Shown in pieces: positions 51,587 to 64,000 of a stretch of 64,000 bases of DNA. Under the pieces are notes generated by a model, which saw nothing but the letters and a program-made list of their open reading frames with translations, did not search any database and had not been told where the DNA came from. This DNA comes from Mycoplasmatota bacterium. Its GTDB lineage: Bacteria; Bacillota_I; Bacilli_A; MAG-NZ. The DNA is taken from positions 744,001 through 808,000 of the forward strand of contig CP074575.1 in assembly GCA_018394315.1 (NCBI GenBank), read 5' to 3'. The first letter of the stretch is position 1; each line of letters opens with the position of its first letter. A program made the position numbers and the translations under genes.

Positions 51587-54500
51587 ATGAACTACAAAGT
51601 AGAAAAATTTGGTAGACATAGAGAAAGAAGAAACTACTCTAGAGTTAAACTAAATGCTGAGTTACCAGGTTTAATTGATATCCAATTAAACTCATTTGAG
51701 TGGTTCTTGAATGACGGATTGAAGGAATTATTTGATTATATATCTCCAATTGAGAATCATGCTGGAAATATTAAAATGTATTTCGGAGATTATGAATTTG
51801 AGGAACCAGTTCGCGATATTGCAGAATCAAAACGTAGAGAAGTGAATTATTCTAGTAAATTAAAAGTCAACGTTAAATTGGTTTTTGAAGAGACTGGAGA
51901 AATAAAGGAACAAAAACTTTATTTAGGTGATGTACCTATGATGACTCCAGAAGGAACTTTTGTTATTAATGGTGCCCAAAGGGTTATAGTTACTCAAATT
52001 ATTCGTTCTGCGGGTGTGTATTTTACTAAAGAATTTGATAAGAAAAGAAATGACATAATTCATGCTGGTCAAGTTATCCCAACTAGAGGTGCTTGGTTAG
52101 AATTTGAAATTAAGTCAAAAGATGAGTTATATGTTAAATTGGATAGATCTAAGAAACTGGAGCTTTCTGTTTTGGCAAGAGCTTTAGGTGTTTCTAAAAA
52201 TGAAGAGATTATCGATTTACTTGGAGATAGTAAGCATTTATTAGAGACTTTGGCTAAGGATTCAACAACTGATACTGATTCTGCTCTTTTGAAGGCTTTT
52301 AGCACAATTAGAAATGGTGAACAAGGTACAGTAGATGGGTCTAAGGGTACTATCATTGCTCGTTTCTTTGATCCGAAGAGATATGACTTAGCACCAGTAG
52401 GTAGATATAAAGTAAACAAAAAATTAGATGTATTAGAAAGAGCGAAAGGATTAATCTTGGCTCAAGATATAGTAAATAATGAGACTGGTGAAATTGTTGT
52501 TGAGAATGGTACTTTAATTGATGATGAGACGGTAAACATTATTAACCAAAACAGAGATTCAATTACAAGGGAATTAAATTATTCTGGTAATTGGTTTGAT
52601 GATCCTATCTATGTTGAATCGCTTGACGTTAATATTAAAGATGGTGAAGATTATAAAGTTATAAGAGTTGTTGGAAATTATTCAAAAGAGACTCTTACTA
52701 CAATAACTCCTTCAGACATTTTTGCTTCAATGAGTTATTATATTAACTTATTTGATGGTGCTGGTTATGATATGGTTATTGACCATTTACAAAATAGAAG
52801 ATTAAGACTAATTGGTGAATTATTACAAAATCAATTTAGAATAGGTCTAACTAAAATTGACAAACGTATTCGTGAGAACATGTCAACGAAGGATCCTACT
52901 GAGATGAAACCAAGTAATCTTATTGAGAGTAAACAATTGTCTTCAACTATTAAAGAATTCTTTGGTAGTTCACAGTTGTCTCAATTTATGCAGCAAACTA
53001 ATCCTTTAGATGAGTTGACGCATAAGAGAAGAATTTCAGCTTTAGGACCTGGTGGGTTATCAAGAGAGAGAGCCTCTTACGAAGTTCGAGATGTACATTA
53101 CTCTCACTATGGAAGAATTTGTCCAATCGAGACTCCTGAGGGACCCAACATTGGTCTAATTAATAGTTTAAGTATTTACGCAAAAGTAAACAAATATGGT
53201 TTTATAGAAACTCCATATTATAAAGTTGATAAGGAAACTGGTAGAGTACTGGACGAAAAGTTAGAGTACTTATCAGCTGATGTAGAGGAAAAATTCGTTA
53301 TAGGTCAGGCGAATATTAAACTAGATAAAGATAACGTAATACTTGATACGGAAATTGTAGCTAGATATAACGGAGAAACTAAGCTATATAAAACTGAAAA
53401 GGTTGACTATATTGATGTTTCTCCTAAACAAATTGTTTCAGTTTCGACAGCTTGTATTCCGTTCTTAGAACATGATGATGCAAACCGTGCATTGATGGGT
53501 TCTAACATGCAACGTCAAGCGATTCCGCTACTAAGAACTGAAGCTCCATTTGTTGGTACTGGTATTGAGCATAAAGCTGCTCAAGACTCAGGAAGTGCAA
53601 TTGTTGCTAGAGAAGATGGTGTTGTTGAATACGTAGATGCAAATAAAATTGTGACTAAAACAAAAGACGGTGAGCGTACTTATGATTTGCAGAAATTCAA
53701 GAGATCGAATCAATCTACAAATTTAACTCAAAGACCGATTGTAAAAGTTGGAGATAAGCTTAAAAAGTCTGATATTATTGCAGATGGTTCGGCTATGGAT
53801 AAAGGTGAATTAGCAGTAGGTAGAAATGTAACAGTTGCATTCATGACGTGGAATGGATATAACTATGAAGATGCAATTGTAATGAGCGAAAACTTGGTTA
53901 TAGATGATGTTTATACATCTATACATATTGAGGATTATCAAGTAGAAGTTCGCGACACAAAAGTTGGGAAAGAAGAAATCACAAGAGAGATACCAGGAGC
54001 AGAATCTGAGTCACTAAGAAACTTAGATGAACGAGGAATTGTAAGAGTTGGTGCAGAAGTTAAAGCGGGTCAAATCGTAGTTGGTAAAATTACTCCAAAA
54101 GGGCAAGCTGATCTTTCTAACTTTGAAAAACTGATATTTGCGATTTATTCTGAGAAAGCTCGTGATGTAAAGGATACTTCATTAAGAGTTCCACACGGTG
54201 GTGGAGGGATTGTAGCTCAAGTTCAATATTTCTCTACTGAAAATGGAGACGAATTATCAAGTGGAGTAAATGAACTAGTAAGAGTTTATATCGTTCAAAA
54301 ACGTAAGATTCATGAAGGGGATAAAATGGCTGGACGCCATGGTAATAAGGGTGTTATCTCTAAAATATTACCAGTTGAGGATATGCCGTTTTTAGAGGAT
54401 GGTACGCCAGTTGATATTATGTTGAATCCTTTAGGTGTTCCTTCTCGTATGAATATAGGTCAAATCTTAGAAATCCATTTAGGTATGGCGGCTAAGAAAT

Positions 54501-55078
54501 TAGGTGTACATATTGCTACTCCTGTATTTGATGGAGTAAAGGCTAACGATTTAGCTCTAATCATGGATGAGGCTGGCATGGCTCCAGACGGAAAAACAGC
54601 AGTTTATGATGGTAGAACAGGTATAAAATATGACAACCGTGTTTCTGTTGGAGTAATGTATATGGTTAAGCTAGCGCACATGGTTGATGACAAACTACAT
54701 GCTCGTAGTGTTGGTCCATATATCTTAGTTACGCAACAACCTATGGGTGGTAAAGCTCAAAACGGTGGTCAACGTTTCGGTGAGATGGAAGTATGGGCAC
54801 TAGAAGCATATGGTGCAGCTTATACGTTACAAGAAATCCTAACTGTTAAATCTGATGATATTATTGGTAGAAACAAAGTCTTTAAAGCTATTGTTAATGG
54901 TACTCCGATTCCTGAAGGATCTGTACCTGAGTCATTTAGAGTTTTAATTAAAGAGTTACAAGCGTTAGGAATTAGCGTTAAATTAATCACTACTAATGGT
55001 GAGGACGAGGTTAATAAGTCTCTTGTTCAAGATGGAGAAGAAGATTATATTACTAAGTTCGGAATTAAAAATATGTAA
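51587..55078 (+). CDS. rpoB: RNA polymerase beta subunit
   Basis: [39 protein letters not shown] 51587 (alternative GTG 51578). Confidence 0.98.
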   Translation: MNYKVEKFGRHRERRNYSRVKLNAELPGLIDIQLNSFEWFLNDGLKELFDYISPIENHAGNIKMYFGDYEFEEPVRDIAESKRREVNYSSKLKVNVKLVFEETGEIKEQKLYLGDVPMMTPEGTFVINGAQRVIVTQIIRSAGVYFTKEFDKKRNDIIHAGQVIPTRGAWLEFEIKSKDELYVKLDRSKKLELSVLARALGVSKNEEIIDLLGDSKHLLETLAKDSTTDTDSALLKAFSTIRNGEQGTVDGSKGTIIARFFDPKRYDLAPVGRYKVNKKLDVLERAKGLILAQDIVNNETGEIVVENGTLIDDETVNIINQNRDSITRELNYSGNWFDDPIYVESLDVNIKDGEDYKVIRVVGNYSKETLTTITPSDIFASMSYYINLFDGAGYDMVIDHLQNRRLRLIGELLQNQFRIGLTKIDKRIRENMSTKDPTEMKPSNLIESKQLSSTIKEFFGSSQLSQFMQQTNPLDELTHKRRISALGPGGLSRERASYEVRDVHYSHYGRICPIETPEGPNIGLINSLSIYAKVNKYGFIETPYYKVDKETGRVLDEKLEYLSADVEEKFVIGQANIKLDKDNVILDTEIVARYNGETKLYKTEKVDYIDVSPKQIVSVSTACIPFLEHDDANRALMGSNMQRQAIPLLRTEAPFVGTGIEHKAAQDSGSAIVAREDGVVEYVDANKIVTKTKDGERTYDLQKFKRSNQSTNLTQRPIVKVGDKLKKSDIIADGSAMDKGELAVGRNVTVAFMTWNGYNYEDAIVMSENLVIDDVYTSIHIEDYQVEVRDTKVGKEEITREIPGAESESLRNLDERGIVRVGAEVKAGQIVVGKITPKGQADLSNFEKLIFAIYSEKARDVKDTSLRVPHGGGGIVAQVQYFSTENGDELSSGVNELVRVYIVQKRKIHEGDKMAGRHGNKGVISKILPVEDMPFLEDGTPVDIMLNPLGVPSRMNIGQILEIHLGMAAKKLGVHIATPVFDGVKANDLALIMDEAGMAPDGKTAVYDGRTGIKYDNRVSVGVMYMVKLAHMVDDKLHARSVGPYILVTQQPMGGKAQNGGQRFGEMEVWALEAYGAAYTLQEILTVKSDDIIGRNKVFKAIVNGTPIPEGSVPESFRVLIKELQALGISVKLITTNGEDEVNKSLVQDGEEDYITKFGIKNM

Positions 55079-55089
55079 GGGGTGTTAAT

Positions 55090-58000
55090 GTGAGTAAAAA
55101 ATACGAATACATTCAAGTTCAATTAGCATCACCAGCTGAAATAAGAGGATGGTCTTACGGAGAAGTTAAGAGTGGAGAGACTATTAACTACCGTACGAGC
55201 AAACCCGAAAGAGATGGACTATTCTGTGAAATAATTTTTGGTCCACAAAAAGACTATCAATGTGCTTGTAGTAAGTCTAAAAGACAGACTGATATAGGTA
55301 AAAGATGTGAAAAATGTGGAGTTGAAATTACTGAAAGTAAAGTGCGTCGTGAAAGAATGGGACATATTGAATTAGCTGCTCCTGTTATTCATGAATGGTA
55401 CTTTAAGAGTGGTAAACTTGCTACTTTATTAGAGATGAAAAAAGATGATTTAAGAAGAATTATCTATTTAGCTTCTTATATTGTGGTTCAACCTGGAGAT
55501 ACTGAATTAACTAAAGGTCAGATTTTATCTGAACAAGATCATGCAAAGTATTTAGCTGTGTATGGAGGAAGATTTAAAGCTTTGACAGGTGCTGAAGCTA
55601 TAGACAAATTACTTAGTGAAATAGATTTAGAAGAAGAAAGTCAGATTCTTAGAAGAAATTTAGAGATTTCTCCAAAACAAAAACGTGTTCACTACATAAA
55701 GCGTTTAGAGATAGTTGAATCTTTCTTGAACTCAGAAAATAAACCTGAGTGGATGGTATTACATGTATTACCTGTTTTACCACCAGACTTACGTCCATTA
55801 GTTCAATTAGATGGTGGTCGTTTCGCTACAACTGACTTAAATAAATTATATAAAAGAATAATTGACAGAAATAAGCGTCTTAGAAAGTTATATGCTCAAA
55901 ATGCACCTTATCTGATGATTAAAAATGAAAAACGTATGATTCAAGAAGCTGTTGATGCTTTGATTGACAACTCTAGTAAAAAGAATCGACGTGTTATGGA
56001 AAAAAATAGACCATTAAAGTCTTTATCAGAGTCACTTCAAGGTAAACAGGGTAGATTTAGACAAAATTTATTAGGTAAACGTGTTGACTATTCTGGTCGT
56101 TCAGTTATCGTTGTTGGACCGGATTTACAAATGCATCAGTGTGGTCTACCTAAGAAAATGGCTTTATCATTGTTTAGACCATTTGTTATTAGAGAAATGA
56201 TTGCGCGCGAGTTAGAACCGAATATGAGTACTAATAAGGCGAAGATTTTAATAGATAAAGAAGATCCATTAGTTTGGGGAGTATTAGAAGAAGTAATTAG
56301 AGAGCATCCTGTTTTGTTAAACCGCGCTCCAACGTTACATAGACTAGGTATCCAAGCATTTGAGCCTAAATTAGTAGAAGGAAAGGCTATTCGTTTACAC
56401 CCATTAGTAACTCCGGCATTTAATGCGGATTTCGATGGTGACCAAATGGCTGTACACGTTCCGCTAAGTGCAGAGGCTCAAGCAGAAGCAAGGTTATTAA
56501 TGTTAGCATCAAATAATATCTTAAACCCTAAGGACGGGAAACCAGTTGTTACCCCATCTCAAGATATGGTATTAGGAAACTTCTATTTAACAATTGAAAG
56601 AGCGGGAGAAATTGGTGAAGGTTCAGTATTTAAGGATATCGATGAGGTTGTATTAGCGTTTGAAAATGACAGAATTTCTTTACATTCTAGAATTGCGATA
56701 CCTGCTAAAATCTTCGTTGATGCGAAATTTACTGATGAACAGAGGGAAAAATATTTGATTACCACTTATGGTAAGTTAATTTTTAACGAAATTATTCCTA
56801 ATAAGTATTTCCCTAATCAATTTCCGTTTGTTAACGAACCTACTTATGAGAATTTAACAGCTAAGATTGATGATAAATTCTTTGTTGCAAAAGGGGAAAG
56901 TATTACTGAGAAAATAAAAAAAGCACCAGTTATTTCTGCATTTAAAAAAGGTTTCTTAGCTGATCTTATATCTCATGTACTAAAAATATGTCACACAACT
57001 GAAACCTCTAAGATGCTTGATAAGATGAAAGATTTAGGATTTAAATACTCAACACTTGCAGGTATTACAGTTGCATCAAGTGATGTAAAAGTAATAGAGT
57101 CTAAGGAAAAAGTTGTTGACAATGCTAATAATCTTGTTAAGAAGTACAACAAAGCTTTTGAACGTGGTTTACTAACTGATGAAGAACGTTATAAGAAAGT
57201 TATTAAACAATGGGATAAAGCTAAAGCATTACTAGAAAATGATATTAAAAAGGAAATGGCTGATAAAGCCGACGTAAATCACATATTCATGATGGCGCAT
57301 TCCGGCGCTCGTGGGAATGCATCGAACTTTACTCAGTTGGAAGGAATGCGTGGATTGATGGCGAATCCAGCAGGGAAAACAATTGAGTTACCAATTATAT
57401 CTGCCTTTATAGAGGGATTAACTATGAGTGAGTTCTTTATTTCTACTCATGGTGCGCGTAAAGGTTCTACGGATACTGCACTTAAGACAGCAGACTCAGG
57501 GTACTTAACTAGACGTTTAGTTGATGTGTCTCAGGAAGTAATTATTGTTGAAGAAGATTGTGGTACTGATAAAGGGGCGTTCGTTGAGGATGTTGTTAAT
57601 GACGATGGCACTCTAATTGAAGGATTAAGAGATAGAATTATTGGAAGATATGCGAGTAAAGACATATTTGACAAAAAGACGAAACAAATTATTGTTTCAA
57701 GAAATGAATATATTACAGAAGACTTAGCTGATGCAGTTATTGGTAGCGGATACAAGAAGGTTCCAATTAGAACTAACTTAAATTGTGATAGTAAAACTGG
57801 GTTATGTATTAAGTGTTATGGTAAAAACCTTGCGACAGGTGGAATTGTGGAAATTGGTGAAGCAGTTGGTACTATCGCTGCTCAATCAATTGGAGAGCCT
57901 GGTACTCAGTTAACTATGCGTACATTCCATACCGGTGGAGTTGCAGGTAGCGATATTACTCAAGGTTTACCAAGAATTGAGCAATTATTTGAAGCTAGAA

Positions 58001-58719
58001 AACCAAAGAACTCAGCTTTATTAGCCGAGAATTCGGGTGTTGTTAAAAGCATCGAACTAGGAGATAATAAGTACTATATTGTTATAGAAGGTAAATACGA
58101 AACTAAAGAACATAAAACTGATTCAGCATCTGTTAGGTTAGCTGTTGCAGTTGGTGATCAAGTTCATGTTGGTAGTAAATTAACTGAGGGTACAATTTCT
58201 CCTAAAGAACTTCTAAGAGCTACTAATGCGGTACAAGTTCAAGATTATATCCTTAAAGAAGTACAAAAAGTGTATCGTTCGCAAGGTGTTGAAATTCAAG
58301 ATAAACATATAGAAGTTATTATTGGACAGATGTTTAAAAATGTTTTAATAATAGAAGAGGGAGATACTAATTTACTTCCAGGTTCCATTATTTCTAAACA
58401 GAAGTATTATGAAGCTAATAAAGTTGCTTTCATGAATGGTAAAAAACCTGCAATTGCTAGAACTGAAGTACTTAGTATTACTAAATCAGCAGTTAATTCA
58501 GAATCATTCTTAAGTGCTGCGTCATTCCAGCAAACAACTAAAGTACTAACAGATGCAGTTATACAAGGTAAAAAAGACCATCTAAGAGGATTGAAAGAAA
58601 ATGTTATAATTGGTGGTTTAATTCCAGCAGGAACGGGTATCATATCAAATGTGGATATTGATTATGAAAAACCAGTAGAGGATGAAGTAGAATTCGAATC
58701 TGTTGAGAATTTTGACTAA
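55090..58719 (+). CDS. rpoC: RNA polymerase beta' subunit
   Basis: NADFDGD, Zn fingers, [13 protein letters not shown]. Confidence 0.98.
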   Translation: MSKKYEYIQVQLASPAEIRGWSYGEVKSGETINYRTSKPERDGLFCEIIFGPQKDYQCACSKSKRQTDIGKRCEKCGVEITESKVRRERMGHIELAAPVIHEWYFKSGKLATLLEMKKDDLRRIIYLASYIVVQPGDTELTKGQILSEQDHAKYLAVYGGRFKALTGAEAIDKLLSEIDLEEESQILRRNLEISPKQKRVHYIKRLEIVESFLNSENKPEWMVLHVLPVLPPDLRPLVQLDGGRFATTDLNKLYKRIIDRNKRLRKLYAQNAPYLMIKNEKRMIQEAVDALIDNSSKKNRRVMEKNRPLKSLSESLQGKQGRFRQNLLGKRVDYSGRSVIVVGPDLQMHQCGLPKKMALSLFRPFVIREMIARELEPNMSTNKAKILIDKEDPLVWGVLEEVIREHPVLLNRAPTLHRLGIQAFEPKLVEGKAIRLHPLVTPAFNADFDGDQMAVHVPLSAEAQAEARLLMLASNNILNPKDGKPVVTPSQDMVLGNFYLTIERAGEIGEGSVFKDIDEVVLAFENDRISLHSRIAIPAKIFVDAKFTDEQREKYLITTYGKLIFNEIIPNKYFPNQFPFVNEPTYENLTAKIDDKFFVAKGESITEKIKKAPVISAFKKGFLADLISHVLKICHTTETSKMLDKMKDLGFKYSTLAGITVASSDVKVIESKEKVVDNANNLVKKYNKAFERGLLTDEERYKKVIKQWDKAKALLENDIKKEMADKADVNHIFMMAHSGARGNASNFTQLEGMRGLMANPAGKTIELPIISAFIEGLTMSEFFISTHGARKGSTDTALKTADSGYLTRRLVDVSQEVIIVEEDCGTDKGAFVEDVVNDDGTLIEGLRDRIIGRYASKDIFDKKTKQIIVSRNEYITEDLADAVIGSGYKKVPIRTNLNCDSKTGLCIKCYGKNLATGGIVEIGEAVGTIAAQSIGEPGTQLTMRTFHTGGVAGSDITQGLPRIEQLFEARKPKNSALLAENSGVVKSIELGDNKYYIVIEGKYETKEHKTDSASVRLAVAVGDQVHVGSKLTEGTISPKELLRATNAVQVQDYILKEVQKVYRSQGVEIQDKHIEVIIGQMFKNVLIIEEGDTNLLPGSIISKQKYYEANKVAFMNGKKPAIARTEVLSITKSAVNSESFLSAASFQQTTKVLTDAVIQGKKDHLRGLKENVIIGGLIPAGTGIISNVDIDYEKPVEDEVEFESVENFD

Positions 58720-58733
58720 AAAACATAAAACAA

Positions 58734-58762
58734 TTGACATTATATAGTGTTGTCAGTATAAT
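58734..58762 (+). promoter_or_regulatory. Sigma-A promoter of the str operon
   Basis: TTGACA-17 nt-TATAAT. Confidence 0.9.
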
Positions 58763-58859
58763 GAATAAGGTTATAGTATTAGGCCTTGCAAGGTGCAAGG
58801 TCTAATAAAATTAAGTAAAATGAACCACCTGGAAATGTGGAAAGAGAGGAGGAACTGAA

Positions 58860-59270
58860 ATGCCTACTATTAATCAGTTAATTAAGAACGGGCGTACTAG
58901 TAAAACGACTAAATCAAAGTCTAGACATTTGAATGTTGGGTTTAATTCAATTCATAAGAAAGCTATCAAAACATTCTCACCTCAGAAACGTGGAGTATGT
59001 ACTCGTGTTTCTACTATGACACCGCGTAAACCAAACTCTGCTTTACGTAAATATGCCCGTGTAAGATTATCAAATGGACATGAAGTAACAGCTTATATCC
59101 CAGGAATTGGACATTCACTACAAGAACATAGTGTTGTTTTAATTCGCGGAGGTCGTGTAAAAGACTTAGCTGGTGTACGTTATCACATCGTTCGTGGTAC
59201 TCTAGATACTACTGGTGTTGAAGGACGTAAACAAGCACGTTCTAAATATGGGACTAGAAGACCTAAATAA
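58860..59270 (+). CDS. rpsL: 30S ribosomal protein S12
   Basis: [24 protein letters not shown]. Confidence 0.98.
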   Translation: MPTINQLIKNGRTSKTTKSKSRHLNVGFNSIHKKAIKTFSPQKRGVCTRVSTMTPRKPNSALRKYARVRLSNGHEVTAYIPGIGHSLQEHSVVLIRGGRVKDLAGVRYHIVRGTLDTTGVEGRKQARSKYGTRRPK

Positions 59271-59288
59271 TGAAAGGAGGAGATTGGT

Positions 59289-59759
59289 ATGCCACGTAAA
59301 GGAAATGTACCTAAAAGAGATGTTTTACCAGATCCGATTTATAATTCAAAATTAGTATCGAGATTAATCAATAGCATTATGCTAGATGGTAAAAAAGGAA
59401 CTGCTCAGAATATTTTATATGGAGCGTTCGAGAGAATCGGAAAAGCAACTGATCGTAATCCTATCGAAGTTTTTAATGAGGCATTGGATAATATCATGCC
59501 TGTATTAGAAGTTCGTGCAAGAAGAGTTGGTGGATCTAACTACCAAGTACCTGTTGAAGTTAGACCTGTTAGAAGAACAACTTTAGGATTAAGATGGTTA
59601 ACACAGTATTCTCGTCAAAGACATGAGAAAACTATGGAAGAAAGATTAGCAAAAGAAATTATGGATGCAGCAAACGGAATTGGTTCAAGTGTTAAGAAAC
59701 GTGAAGATACACACAGAATGGCAGAGGCTAATAAAGCATTTGCACATTATCGTTGGTAA
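59289..59759 (+). CDS. rpsG: 30S ribosomal protein S7
   Basis: [24 protein letters not shown]. Confidence 0.98.
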   Translation: MPRKGNVPKRDVLPDPIYNSKLVSRLINSIMLDGKKGTAQNILYGAFERIGKATDRNPIEVFNEALDNIMPVLEVRARRVGGSNYQVPVEVRPVRRTTLGLRWLTQYSRQRHEKTMEERLAKEIMDAANGIGSSVKKREDTHRMAEANKAFAHYRW

Positions 59760-59782
59760 TAATAGAAAAGGAGTAGTTTAAA

Positions 59783-61852
59783 ATGGCTCGTGAAATAAAT
59801 TTAGAAAATACACGAAATATTGGTATTATGGCTCATATTGATGCAGGAAAGACTACTGCAACAGAGCGTATATTATACCATACTGGGAAAATTCATAAAA
59901 TCGGTGAAACACATGATGGTGCTTCACAAATGGACTGGATGGCCCAGGAACAAGAACGCGGAATTACGATTACCTCAGCAGCTACTACGGCTCATTGGAA
60001 CGATCATCGTATCAATATCATTGATACTCCTGGACACGTAGATTTTACTGTAGAAGTAAGCCGTTCATTACGTGTATTAGATGGTGCTGTAGCCCTTTTA
60101 GATGCTCAAGCAGGGGTTGAACCTCAAACAGAAACCGTTTGGAGACAGGCTACAGAATATCTAGTACCAAGAATTTGCTTTGTAAATAAAATGGATAAGA
60201 TTGGTGCAGACTTCGAATACTCAGTCGATACAATTAAAAATAGGTTAGGTGCTAATGCAGTACCATTACAATGGCCAATTGGAGCAGAAGACAAATTTAC
60301 AGGAATTATTGACTTAATAGAAATGAAGGCTTATCAATATGACGGTCAATCTGATGAAAAAGCAGTTGAGATTCCTATCCCAGAAGATTTATTAGCAATG
60401 GCTGAAATAAAAAGAGATGAAATGATTGAAGCTATTGCAGAATATGATGAAGAACTGATGATGCTTTATTTGGAAGGTGAAGAAATTGACATTCCAAAGA
60501 TTAAAGAAGCAATACGATTAGGAACTTTATCAGTTAAAATGTTCCCAGTTTTATGTGGAACAGCATTCAAAAATAAAGGTGTTAAGTTGTTACTTGATGC
60601 TGTAATAGATTATTTACCATCACCTATTGATGTTCCGGACATCGAAGGGATTTTACCAAATGGTGATGCAGTAAAGAGAAAATCAAGTGACTATGAACCT
60701 TTCAGTGCATTAGCATTTAAGGTTATGACCGATCCATATGTTGGTAGGTTAACATTCTTTAGAGTTTATTCAGGATCATTAAAATCAGGATCTTACTTGT
60801 ATAACTCGAATAAAGGTAAAAAAGAAAGAATTGGACGTATTCTTCAAATGCATGCAAATGATCGTGTAGAAATCCAAGAGGTTTTTGCAGGTGATATTGC
60901 TGCTGCTGTAGGGCTTAAGAATACTACTACTGGAGATACATTGTGTTCTGAAAAATCTGAAATAATCCTAGAATCGATGGTATTCCCTGAACCTGTAATT
61001 AATGTAGCTATTGAGCCTGACACAAAAGCTGATCAAGATAAGATGGGTGTTGCTTTACAAAAACTTGCAGAGGAAGATCCAACATTTAGAACTTATACTA
61101 ATGAAGAAACTGGACAAACAATTATTGCTGGTATGGGTGAATTACACTTAGATATCATCGTTGATAGAATGAAACGTGAGTTTAAGGTATCTGCAAACGT
61201 TGGGGCTCCACAAGTAAGTTATAGAGAAACATTTACTCAATCAGCTGAAGTTGAAGGAAAATTTGTTCGACAATCAGGAGGACGTGGACAATATGGACAT
61301 GTCTGGATTAGATTTGAACCCAACAAAGATAAAGGATTCGAATATGTTGATGCTATTGTAGGTGGTGTAGTTCCTAGAGAATATATTCCTGCAGTAGGTA
61401 AAGGATTAGAAAGTTCATTAGATAACGGAATTTTAGCAGGTTATCCAATGATTGATATAAAAGCTACGTTATTTGATGGTTCTTACCATGATGTGGATTC
61501 AAATGAAATGGCATTTAAAGTAGCAGCAGGAATTGCTCTTAAAAATGCTTTAAGTAAATGTAAACCAATCTTACTCGAACCTATGATGAAAGTTGAAGTT
61601 ACAACACCTGATGATTATATAGGTGGCGTGATTGGTGATATAACATCAAGAAGAGGGCGTATTGAAGGACAAGAAGCGAGAGGGAATGCTCAGGTAGTAA
61701 CATCTTTTGTACCTTTAAGTGAAATGTTTGGGTATGCAACTTCATTGAGATCAAATACACAAGGACGAGGAAACTATGCAATGGTATTTAGTCATTACAT
61801 GGAGTGTCCAAAATCTATTTCTGAAGAGATAATTAAAAAAAGAAATGGGTAA
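59783..61852 (+). CDS. fusA: Elongation factor G
   Basis: [33 protein letters not shown]. Confidence 0.98.
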   Translation: MAREINLENTRNIGIMAHIDAGKTTATERILYHTGKIHKIGETHDGASQMDWMAQEQERGITITSAATTAHWNDHRINIIDTPGHVDFTVEVSRSLRVLDGAVALLDAQAGVEPQTETVWRQATEYLVPRICFVNKMDKIGADFEYSVDTIKNRLGANAVPLQWPIGAEDKFTGIIDLIEMKAYQYDGQSDEKAVEIPIPEDLLAMAEIKRDEMIEAIAEYDEELMMLYLEGEEIDIPKIKEAIRLGTLSVKMFPVLCGTAFKNKGVKLLLDAVIDYLPSPIDVPDIEGILPNGDAVKRKSSDYEPFSALAFKVMTDPYVGRLTFFRVYSGSLKSGSYLYNSNKGKKERIGRILQMHANDRVEIQEVFAGDIAAAVGLKNTTTGDTLCSEKSEIILESMVFPEPVINVAIEPDTKADQDKMGVALQKLAEEDPTFRTYTNEETGQTIIAGMGELHLDIIVDRMKREFKVSANVGAPQVSYRETFTQSAEVEGKFVRQSGGRGQYGHVWIRFEPNKDKGFEYVDAIVGGVVPREYIPAVGKGLESSLDNGILAGYPMIDIKATLFDGSYHDVDSNEMAFKVAAGIALKNALSKCKPILLEPMMKVEVTTPDDYIGGVIGDITSRRGRIEGQEARGNAQVVTSFVPLSEMFGYATSLRSNTQGRGNYAMVFSHYMECPKSISEEIIKKRNG

Positions 61853-61861
61853 AAATTCTAC

Positions 61862-61890
61862 TTGCAAATAAGTAAGTATTGAGATAAAAT
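61862..61890 (+). promoter_or_regulatory. Internal promoter for tuf
   Basis: TTGCAA-17 nt-TAAAAT. Confidence 0.7.
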
Positions 61891-61924
61891 AATGAAAAAA
61901 GGAAAAAATTAGGAGGATTTTAAA

Positions 61925-63109
61925 ATGGCTAAACAAAAATTTGATAGAAGTAAGCCACATGTTAATGTTGGTACTATTGGTCACGTTGACCATGGTAAAA
62001 CTACTTTAACTGCTGCTATCACTTTATATTTATCAAAAGTAACAGGAGCCGAAGTAAAAGCTTATGACGAAATAGATGGTGCTCCAGAAGAAAGAGAAAG
62101 AGGAATCACTATTAATACTGCTCATGTTGAGTATGAAACTGAATCTCGTCACTACGCACATGTAGACTGTCCAGGACATGCCGATTACGTTAAAAACATG
62201 ATCACTGGTGCTGCTCAAATGGATGGTGGAATCTTAGTAGTTTCTGCTGCTGATGGACCAATGCCTCAAACAAGAGAACATATCTTATTATCTCGCCAAG
62301 TTGGTGTGCCAAGATTAGTTGTTTTCTTAAATAAAACAGACCAAGTTGATGATGAAGAATTACTAGAATTAGTTGAAATGGAAATTCGTGAATTATTAAC
62401 TGAGTATGAGTTCCCAGGTGATGATATACCTGTAATCATGGGATCAGCTTTATTAGCATTAAATGGTAATCCAGAACATGAAGCTAAAATTGCTGAATTA
62501 ATGGCAGCAGTAGATGAGTATATCCCTACTCCAGAACGTGATGTTGATAAACCATTCATGTTACCTGTAGAAGATGTATTCAGTATCACTGGTCGTGGTA
62601 CAGTTGCTACTGGACGTGTTGAACGTGGACGTATTTCTGTTGGAGATCAATGTGAAATCGTTGGTATTAAAGAAACTCAAACAACTACTATTACAGGAGT
62701 TGAAATGTTCCGTAAATTATTAGATTATGCTGATGCTGGTGAAAATGTTGGTTGTTTATTACGTGGTACTAAGCGTGATGAAATCGAACGTGGTCAAGTT
62801 ATCGTTAAGCCTGGTTCAGTTAATCCACATAAAAAATTCAAAGCTCAAGTTTACGTATTAAGTAAAGAAGAGGGTGGGCGTCATACTCCATTCTTCTCTA
62901 ACTATAGACCTCAGTTCTATTTTAGAACTACTGACGTAACTGGTGTAATTGAATTACCTACTGGTGTAGAGATGGTTATGCCTGGCGACAATGTAGATAT
63001 GATTGTTAACTTAATCAACCCAATCGCAATCGAGCAAGGTACTAAGTTCTCTATCCGTGAAGGTGGACGTACTGTTGGTGCTGGTAACGTTTCAGAAATT
63101 ATAGAATAA
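61925..63109 (+). CDS. tuf: Elongation factor Tu
   Basis: [29 protein letters not shown]. Confidence 0.98.
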   Translation: MAKQKFDRSKPHVNVGTIGHVDHGKTTLTAAITLYLSKVTGAEVKAYDEIDGAPEERERGITINTAHVEYETESRHYAHVDCPGHADYVKNMITGAAQMDGGILVVSAADGPMPQTREHILLSRQVGVPRLVVFLNKTDQVDDEELLELVEMEIRELLTEYEFPGDDIPVIMGSALLALNGNPEHEAKIAELMAAVDEYIPTPERDVDKPFMLPVEDVFSITGRGTVATGRVERGRISVGDQCEIVGIKETQTTTITGVEMFRKLLDYADAGENVGCLLRGTKRDEIERGQVIVKPGSVNPHKKFKAQVYVLSKEEGGRHTPFFSNYRPQFYFRTTDVTGVIELPTGVEMVMPGDNVDMIVNLINPIAIEQGTKFSIREGGRTVGAGNVSEIIE

Positions 63110-63124
63110 TATAGAAAAATTCAT

Positions 63125-63154
63125 AAAAGTTCCATAATTTATGGGACTTTTTTT
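63125..63154 (+). terminator. Intrinsic terminator after tuf
   Basis: AAAAGTTCCATAA/TTATGGGACTTTT + T run. Confidence 0.85.
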
Positions 63155-63194
63155 GTTATACTATAAATAGGTATAATTTTCAAGTGAGGTAGTT

Positions 63195-63650
63195 ATGGAA
63201 AATATTTTAGTAAAAAAAATGATTGAAGATGGACTAACAATTTCTACAGCTGAAAGTTGCACAGGTGGTATGCTTTCTTCATGTATAATAGATGTTCCTG
63301 GAGCATCCAATATCATCAGTGAAGCACATGTCACATATTCAAATGAAGCGAAAGTAAAATATTTGAATGTATCTATGGATACTCTTGATACTTATTCAGA
63401 ATATAGTGAAGAGTGTGCTAGAGAAATGGCAAAAGGTGTTAAAAATCTAGCTGAAACTGATATTGGAGTTTCCATTACCGGGGTAGCTGGGCCTGGCGGA
63501 GGAACGCCAAATAATCCTGTTGGTACTGTTTATATAGGTATATCTTATAAAGATACCGATGTATTAAAATTACAACTAAAAGGTAATAGAAGTTCAGTCC
63601 GTAAACAAGCAGTTGAAAAGACGATTGAGTTTATAATAGATAAAATATAG
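63195..63650 (+). CDS. pncC: CinA C-terminal domain / NMN deamidase (PncC-like)
   Basis: AESCTGG, YSNEAK, SITGVAGPGG, PVGTVYIG. Confidence 0.85.
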   Translation: MENILVKKMIEDGLTISTAESCTGGMLSSCIIDVPGASNIISEAHVTYSNEAKVKYLNVSMDTLDTYSEYSEECAREMAKGVKNLAETDIGVSITGVAGPGGGTPNNPVGTVYIGISYKDTDVLKLQLKGNRSSVRKQAVEKTIEFIIDKI

Positions 63651-63658
63651 GTGATAAA

Positions 63659-64000
63659 ATGATATTTAATACACACACGCACTTAAACGTAAAACAATTT
63701 AACGAAACATATGATCAAGTAATTAAGGATTCAATTCTTAAAGGTTTAACCAAAATATTAGTCGTTGGTTTTAATAAAGAGACAATAGAAAAGGCTATAA
63801 TGTTAGCTGAAAAGTACGAGGAAGTATATGCAACAGTAGGATGGCATCCAGTGGATGCAATATATGCTACAGAAGAATCATTTAAATTAATAGAAAAGTA
63901 TATAGAACATCCAAAGGTTTTAGCTGTTGGAGAATGTGGTCTAGATTATCATTGGGACACTTCACCAAAAGAAGTTCAAATGAAAGTCTTTAAGCGGCAA
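63659..64000 (+). CDS. tatD: TatD-family hydrolase (3' truncated; not in ORF track)
   Basis: MIFNTHTHLN, VGWHP, AVGECGLDYHWD. Confidence 0.9.
   Translation, partial: MIFNTHTHLNVKQFNETYDQVIKDSILKGLTKILVVGFNKETIEKAIMLAEKYEEVYATVGWHPVDAIYATEESFKLIEKYIEHPKVLAVGECGLDYHWDTSPKEVQMKVFKRQ

Overview
AT-rich, almost entirely plus-strand chromosomal segment of a low-GC Bacilli-derived bacterium. TGA is used as a stop, so this is genetic code 11. Protein style and gene order suggest a basal mollicute-like lineage (Acholeplasma/Izemoplasma/Haloplasma neighbourhood; inference only). Most of the window is housekeeping: ECF transporter-truA-tmk-holB-ricT-trmN6-rsmI, T-box-controlled metG, a 15 kb guanine-riboswitch-controlled purE-K-L-C-F-M-N-H-D-guaB-xpt-guaA operon, rplM-rpsI, glpK, gltX-cysS-mrnC-rlmB-sigH-rpmG-secE-nusG, rplKAJL, rpoBC, rpsLG-fusA-tuf, pncC and a partial tatD. 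Accessory parts are a PadR/DUF1700-DUF4097 envelope-stress-like operon, a NusG-II (EetA-like) protein, a TerB-like protein, an orphan GT-A glycosyltransferase-like gene, a multi-PAS GGDEF/HD-GYP protein, DUF3137/LemA and a large lipoprotein. I saw no tRNA, rRNA, CRISPR array, transposase or phage gene, and I cannot claim a complete new system. The best leads are: (1) a 36-aa YjcZ/SscA-like peptide missed by the ORF track; (2) three 25-bp candidate operators over the PadR operon promoter; (3) a probable ATT start for sigH; (4) natural substitutions at streptomycin (S12) and rifampicin (RpoB) target residues; (5) a deleted DUF3137 relic in the lemA leader; (6) internal repeats in two extracytoplasmic proteins. 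All family assignments come from motif recognition, not database searches.
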